The position numbers and the translations under genes were made by a program. Shown here piece after piece: positions 59,357 to 64,000 of a stretch of 64,000 nt of DNA (position 1 is its first letter; each line of letters begins with the position of its first letter). Where the stretch lies: assembly GCF_009914755.1 (NCBI RefSeq), contig NC_060941.1; one strand, given 5' to 3'. The notes beneath the pieces were generated by a model. The model was given only the letters and a program-made list of their open reading frames with translations. It was not told where the DNA came from and did no database searches. The stretch comes from the human T2T-CHM13v2.0 reference genome, Homo sapiens.

Positions 59357-60082
59357 TGTCTTAGTCTGTTTGGGCTGCTATTAAACAATACTGTGACCTG
59401 AGTGGCTTATATACAACAGACATTTATTTCTCACAGTTCTGGAAGCTGAGAAGTCTAAGGTCAAGACTCCAGTGGATTACGCATCTGGCGAGAGCCTACT
59501 TCCTGGTTTGTAGGTGGTGTCTTCTCTCTGTGTCCTCACATGGCATAAGGGAAAAGGGACCCCTCTGGGATCTATTTTTATAAGGGTACTAATCCCCTGC
59601 ATGAGGGCTCCAGCCTCAAGACCTAATGTATTGTCCATTTTCATGCTGCTGATAAAGACATACCTGAGACTGGGCAATCTACAAAAGAAAGAAGTTTAAT
59701 GGACTTACAGGTTCACGTAGCTGGGGAAGCCTCACAATCATGGCAGAAGGCAAGGAGAAGCAAGTTACATCTTACATGGGCAGCAGCAGGTAAAGAGGGA
59801 GAGCTTGTGCAGGGAAACTCCCATTTTTAAAACCATCGTCTCGCATGAGACTTACTCACTATCACGAGAACAGCACGGGAAAGACCTGCCCCCATGATTC
59901 AATTACCTCCCACCAGGTCCCTCCCACAACACATGGGAATTCAAGATAAGATTTGGATGGAGACACAGCAAAACAATATCACCTAATCACCTCCCAAAGG
60001 CCCTACCTCCAAATACCATCGCATTGGGGATTAGATTTGAAGATAAGAATTCTGGGAGGACACAGACATTCAGTCTACAGGG
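59357..60082 (-). mobile_element. MLT1A0-like solo LTR split by THE1B
   Basis: TGTCTTAGTCTGTTTGGGCTGCTAT...TTTATTTCTCACAGTTCTGGA...GGACACAGACATTCAG; TSD GATGA/GACAA. Confidence 0.9.
59627..59981 (-). mobile_element. THE1B-like solo LTR
   Basis: TG..CA ends; GCTGCTGATAAAGACATACC; perfect TSD CCTAA at 59622-59626 and 59982-59986. Confidence 0.94.
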
Positions 60083-60436
60083 GACAATATGGAAACAAAT
60101 GGGCATGGCTCCATTCCAGTAACACTTTATATGCACTGCAATTTAAATTTCATATCGTTTTCATGTCATAAAATATTTTTTATTTGTTTTCCAAACGTTA
60201 AAAAACATAAAAACTATCTTTTTTTTTTTTTAATCTCATTAGCCATTCAAAAACAGATGAGATGGGGACAGATTTAACCCAAAGGACATAGTTCAACTCC
60301 TGGTCTTGACAGAGGAGAAGCCCTCAAAGGTAAATCTTACTAATTTTTGAGCTTTATTATCTAATCCCTCAAAGGTAATTCATCCTTGAGTTTAACTATC
60401 TAGCATTAACTGATACAAAAAATGCATATAAATGTA

Positions 60437-60862
60437 CAATTTACCCTTGAACAAGAAAGATAGGTTGACCTGTGCAGGTCCACTTACACTTGGATTTTCT
60501 TCTGCTTCTGCTACTCTTGAGAGAGCAAGACCAACCCCTCCTCTTCCTCTTCCTCCTCAGCCTACTCAATGTGAAGACAATAAGGATGAAGACCATTAAT
60601 GATGTTCTGCTTCCACTTAATGAATAATAAATATATTTTCTCTTCTTTATGATTTTCTTAATAACATTTCTCAAGTCTATTGTAAGAATACAGTGTATAA
60701 TACATATAATGTACAAAACTTGTATAATCAACTGTTTCTGTTACCAATAAGACAGTAGCCTATTAGTAGTTAAGTTTTTGGGGGGGTCAAAAGTTACATG
60801 CCAATTTTTGACTGCATGGGGTGTTGGGGCCCCTAGTCCCTGCATTGTTTAAGGGTCAACTG
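60437..60862. mobile_element. Tigger2a-like DNA transposon
   Basis: TIRs CAATTTACCCTTGAACAA / TTGTTTAAGGGTCAACTG, TA TSDs; internal CCTCCTCAGCCTACTCAATGTGAAGA. Confidence 0.92.
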
Positions 60863-61176
60863 TAATAACAACTATAAACAACTGAATGACTTTTTGATTA
60901 CAAAAAATTCCTTGAGACAAAGCCTGAATAGAACAACCATAAATGTGGCTTTGGGGACACTGTTGCGGCTTCATGTTTCATCATGACTAGAGATATAATA
61001 CCTTAAGTAGTTAGCCACCAACACTCCAATCGCAAATTCTGGAGGTCTGGGATTATTCCACAAATCACTGGGTAGATGCAAACCTTCTAGAGAAGTCTAG
61101 TATCAGCAGAGTAAAACAATCTCCTTTTAAAAATAAGATTTCTTTATCACTCCCTGCTTTCACGCAATCACAGCTT

Positions 61177-61479
<303 letters not shown>

Positions 61480-61523
61480 AACGACAGCTTTTTGAGCCTC
61501 TGTTTAACAATCTCTTAAACCTT

Positions 61524-62108
61524 ATAGGTAGGCAGTTCTGAGACAGCTCCTAATCATCTCCCCTCCTGGTATTCAAGCCCTGATGGAATACTCTCTTCTT
61601 CAATGTGAGCTGGACTTAGTGGTTTTCTTCTAATCCATTGAATACACACAAGTGATGAGCTGTCATTTCCAAAATTAGTTCACACAAAGCTGTAACTTTT
61701 GTTTTGTTCACAGCCTCTCTCAATTGCCTTCTCAGCTTGTATGCTTTGAAGAAGCAAGCTGCAGTGTTGGAGAGGCCCATGTGGCAAGGAAATGAGGGTG
61801 GCCTCCAGTCAATGGCTGGTGAGAAACTGAGACCTTCCTTCCAACAATTGTCAAGTAACTGAATACTCCCAACAATCATATGGGTTAGGTTAGAAGTGAA
61901 CCTTTCTCTAGTTGAGGTTTCAGATAAGACCACAGATATTATACTAACACCTTGATTGCAGGCTTATGAGAAACCTTGAAATGAGAAGACTAAGTAAAAC
62001 CATATCTGGATTCCTGACTTACAGAAACTGTGTGATGATAAATGTGTGTTATCTTAAGCCACAAAGTTTTTGGGGTGATTTGTTCTACAGCAATTGATAA
62101 TGAATACT
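61524..62108 (+). mobile_element. MaLR solo LTR, MLT1F-like
   Basis: CTCCTGGTATTCAAGCCC...GGAGAGGCCCATGTGGCAAGGAA...GGATTCCTGACTTACAGAAACTGTG...CAGCAATTGATAATGAATAC. Confidence 0.88.
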
Positions 62109-62129
62109 TCAACCTATAGTGACAACTGG

Positions 62130-62272
62130 ATGTCTATTTACTCATTTTCCCCACCAAAGTGTAAAGTTCCTACAAGGCAGAGGTTACAACATATTCATCC
62201 TGCTACCTCTCATAGCCCATAATATACAACCTGGCCCATAAAACATGATTAATCAATGTTTGTTAAATTAAC
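62130..62272 (+). mobile_element. L2 3' end fragment
   Basis: GTAAAGTTCCTACAAGGCAGAG...CCTGGCCCATA...AATGTTTGTTAAAT. Confidence 0.6.
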
Positions 62273-63289
62273 ATGTATTTTGAGTTTCATTGAAATCAGT
62301 TAGTTGAAGTGATAATAACATTTAAATGTGCATGAGCAGTAGGACAAGGCAGATAGCTGGTTAGGATAGAAAGTTTTTGAAAATTGTGAGGGGAAAAATT
62401 ATTTCTATTTGTACCCTGTTGTACCCAGCTTAGGTTTCAAAAACTTTCAGGGGATTTTTATTCATTTACCAAAGACTTCAAAGTTGGTGCCTCCCCATCA
62501 CTCTAAAGAGGTCTTTGCCCTTATTGACCCAACCATACTGATTTGCCTGGTGCACAGTGGGAGCTATTATAAGGAGAGGGGAGAAGAAGGAAATAGAAAC
62601 AACTGTGAAAAAGGTTGAAAAAAATAGCGAAAAGGATAGAAAAAGAGCAGAGGAAAGAGAAGAAGTAGTCAACATCCAACCCAGATGCAGAGAAATGATT
62701 CAAAAGAAAAAGTCTGATTTTCCTGTCGGAAATATTTTTAAAAGGAGGTAGGCATTTATCAAAAAGGAAAAAAAAAAAAAGAATAACAGAGTTTGTCTTC
62801 CAAAGGACCCAATACTCTTGGAATTCAATGACCTAATTCTGTGTATGGTTGCAGTGTGGAGATTGCCTCTTGTCTGATTCTCATGGCATTGAGACCTCTG
62901 ATTTCTCAACAGCACATGCCACAGCACTATCAGAAGTCAGGAATAAAGAACAGAGGGTGTGGGGGGCAGTCTAGATATTATGCTCAGCAAACATATTTTT
63001 AAATCAGTGTAAATTCTATCTTGCTGGTTGCTTATCTTAGCAGTTAAATCAACTTTTCGTTACTTTTGTAGACATTATATAATATCTTCTCCCCGCAGCT
63101 CCAGCCACCAGCTGTTAGTCAGCAGAATGGGAGAGGGACTGGGTCAGCTTAAGCTGAATAACTTCCATGGTGACATTTGAGGGAACCAATTCCCAGCCAC
63201 TGAACAAACCTAAATGTTCTGCTATGGCCATAGAACCAAATAGATCTTAACAAAGAAACCTGAGAGCATTCAAAGGTCAAAACAATTGG

Positions 63290-63390
63290 AGCTAGTTCCT
63301 TCAAGCTTAAATATGCTCATCTGTAAAGTGGGGACAATAACTGTGTGTCTTATAGGGTTATTTTGAAGGCTAAATATGTGTAAAAGCCTC
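63290..63390 (+). mobile_element. MIR core
   Basis: CTCATCTGTAAAGTGGGGACAATAAC...ATAGGGTTATTTTGAAGGCTAAAT. Confidence 0.7.
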
Positions 63391-63399
63391 AGTCTACTG

Positions 63400-63637
63400 A
63401 AAGGTTGCTCAACTGTAACACTCTTTTCATTTTGTGAGGGATCATTCTTTGTTGGAGGTTAGGGACACTGTCTCGTGCATTACAGGATGTTTAGCAACAT
63501 CCTCAGCTTCTATCCATCAGATGTTAGCACCCCCCGCCACGGACCACCATCTTCTCCATCATCACCATCAAATATGTCTCCAGACATTTCCAAGTGTCCC
63601 CTAGGAGGCTAAAATTGCCCCTGGTTGAGGACCACTG
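63400..63637. mobile_element. MER20 (hAT-Charlie)
   Basis: GTGCATTACAGGATGTTTAGCAACATCC...TGTCTCCAGACATT..CAAGTGTCCCCT...CCCTGGTTGAGGACCACTG. Confidence 0.9.
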
Positions 63638-64000
63638 TTCTAGTACTTGGCATTGTTCCATAAACATCAGATGATATTTTTATCATTATAATTATTACTA
63701 AAGGCAACATCACCCTGCTATGGAGACAGGTCCTTGGTCTCACGGAATCCCTGCAATAGTTGCTGCATTTCTGCATCTTTCTGAGAGTAAGGGTTGAAAA
63801 GAGATAAGGTCAATTCATCTGACAACAATCCAATGGGAAACCTACTGTCTCCGTAGAAATTCTTTTCATGGAAAGAAAAGGGGCTACCATTTTGATCTGC
63901 TGCAGGAACTAGGTCTATTCCTCAGCCTCACAGTTTGCAAAACGCTACAGACTTTTCCATGGGCATAAATTCTCCAGCTTTAGGGATTGCTGGTATAGTT

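Larger units (their letters stand above)
59236..60302. mobile_element. MER58B split by MLT1A0
   Basis: GCCAGATAGTAAAGATTTTTAGGCTTTG...AAGCAACCATAGA; resumes GGGCATGGCTCCATTCCAG...CATAGTTCAACTCCTG; TSD CTCTAGAC/GTCTTGAC. Confidence 0.88.
59075..60405 (+). mobile_element. L2 fragment hosting the MER58B nest
   Basis: AAACTCCTACTTATCCTCAAG...ATCATTTGTTTGAGTGTCCATCTTCCTCTAGAC; weak continuation after 60310. Confidence 0.55.

Noticed and set aside
59717-59729. Position of the PRDM9 hotspot motif in THE1B
   Set aside because: This copy reads CTTCCCCAGCTAC on the LTR strand, not CCTCCCTAGCCAC, so no hotspot is predicted.
62557-62751. Purine-rich 64-aa frame with possible CAG acceptor and GAG|GTAGGC donor
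   Set aside because: Weak polypyrimidine tract, low-complexity composition and no recognisable homology.

Overview
Primate (human or great-ape-like) non-coding genomic DNA, either intergenic or inside a large intron. I could not identify the locus. I found no supportable protein-coding exon, tRNA, rRNA, snRNA, processed pseudogene or CRISPR array. The supplied ORFs are Alu, L1, LTR or microsatellite read-throughs, or short frames I do not recognise, and many start at TTG/GTG. The window is dominated by transposon fossils: 15 Alus plus one FLAM monomer, about 8 L1 fragments, L2 and MIR remnants, about 12 MaLR/ERVL solo LTRs (four THE1), and DNA transposons (MER58A/B, MER5A, MER20, MER94, Tigger2a, Tigger3b, MADE1, MER85). 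Subfamily names come from recalled consensus sequences, not an alignment, and boundaries of old repeats are approximate. The main non-repeat signals are a CpG-enriched promoter-like patch at about 53.5-54.15 kb in a repeat-poor domain, and two near-perfect hairpins (8912-8992 and 46671-46732) that I cannot assign to a known repeat. Other notable structures are a twin-priming L1 inversion, an L1 5' end with no 3' end, multi-level nested insertions, an Alu inserted at the axis of a MADE1 palindrome, a MER85 with its CSB-PGBD3 palindrome, and THE1 LTRs with intact or degraded DUX4 motifs. I cannot establish a previously undescribed biological system from sequence alone; the findings are leads.
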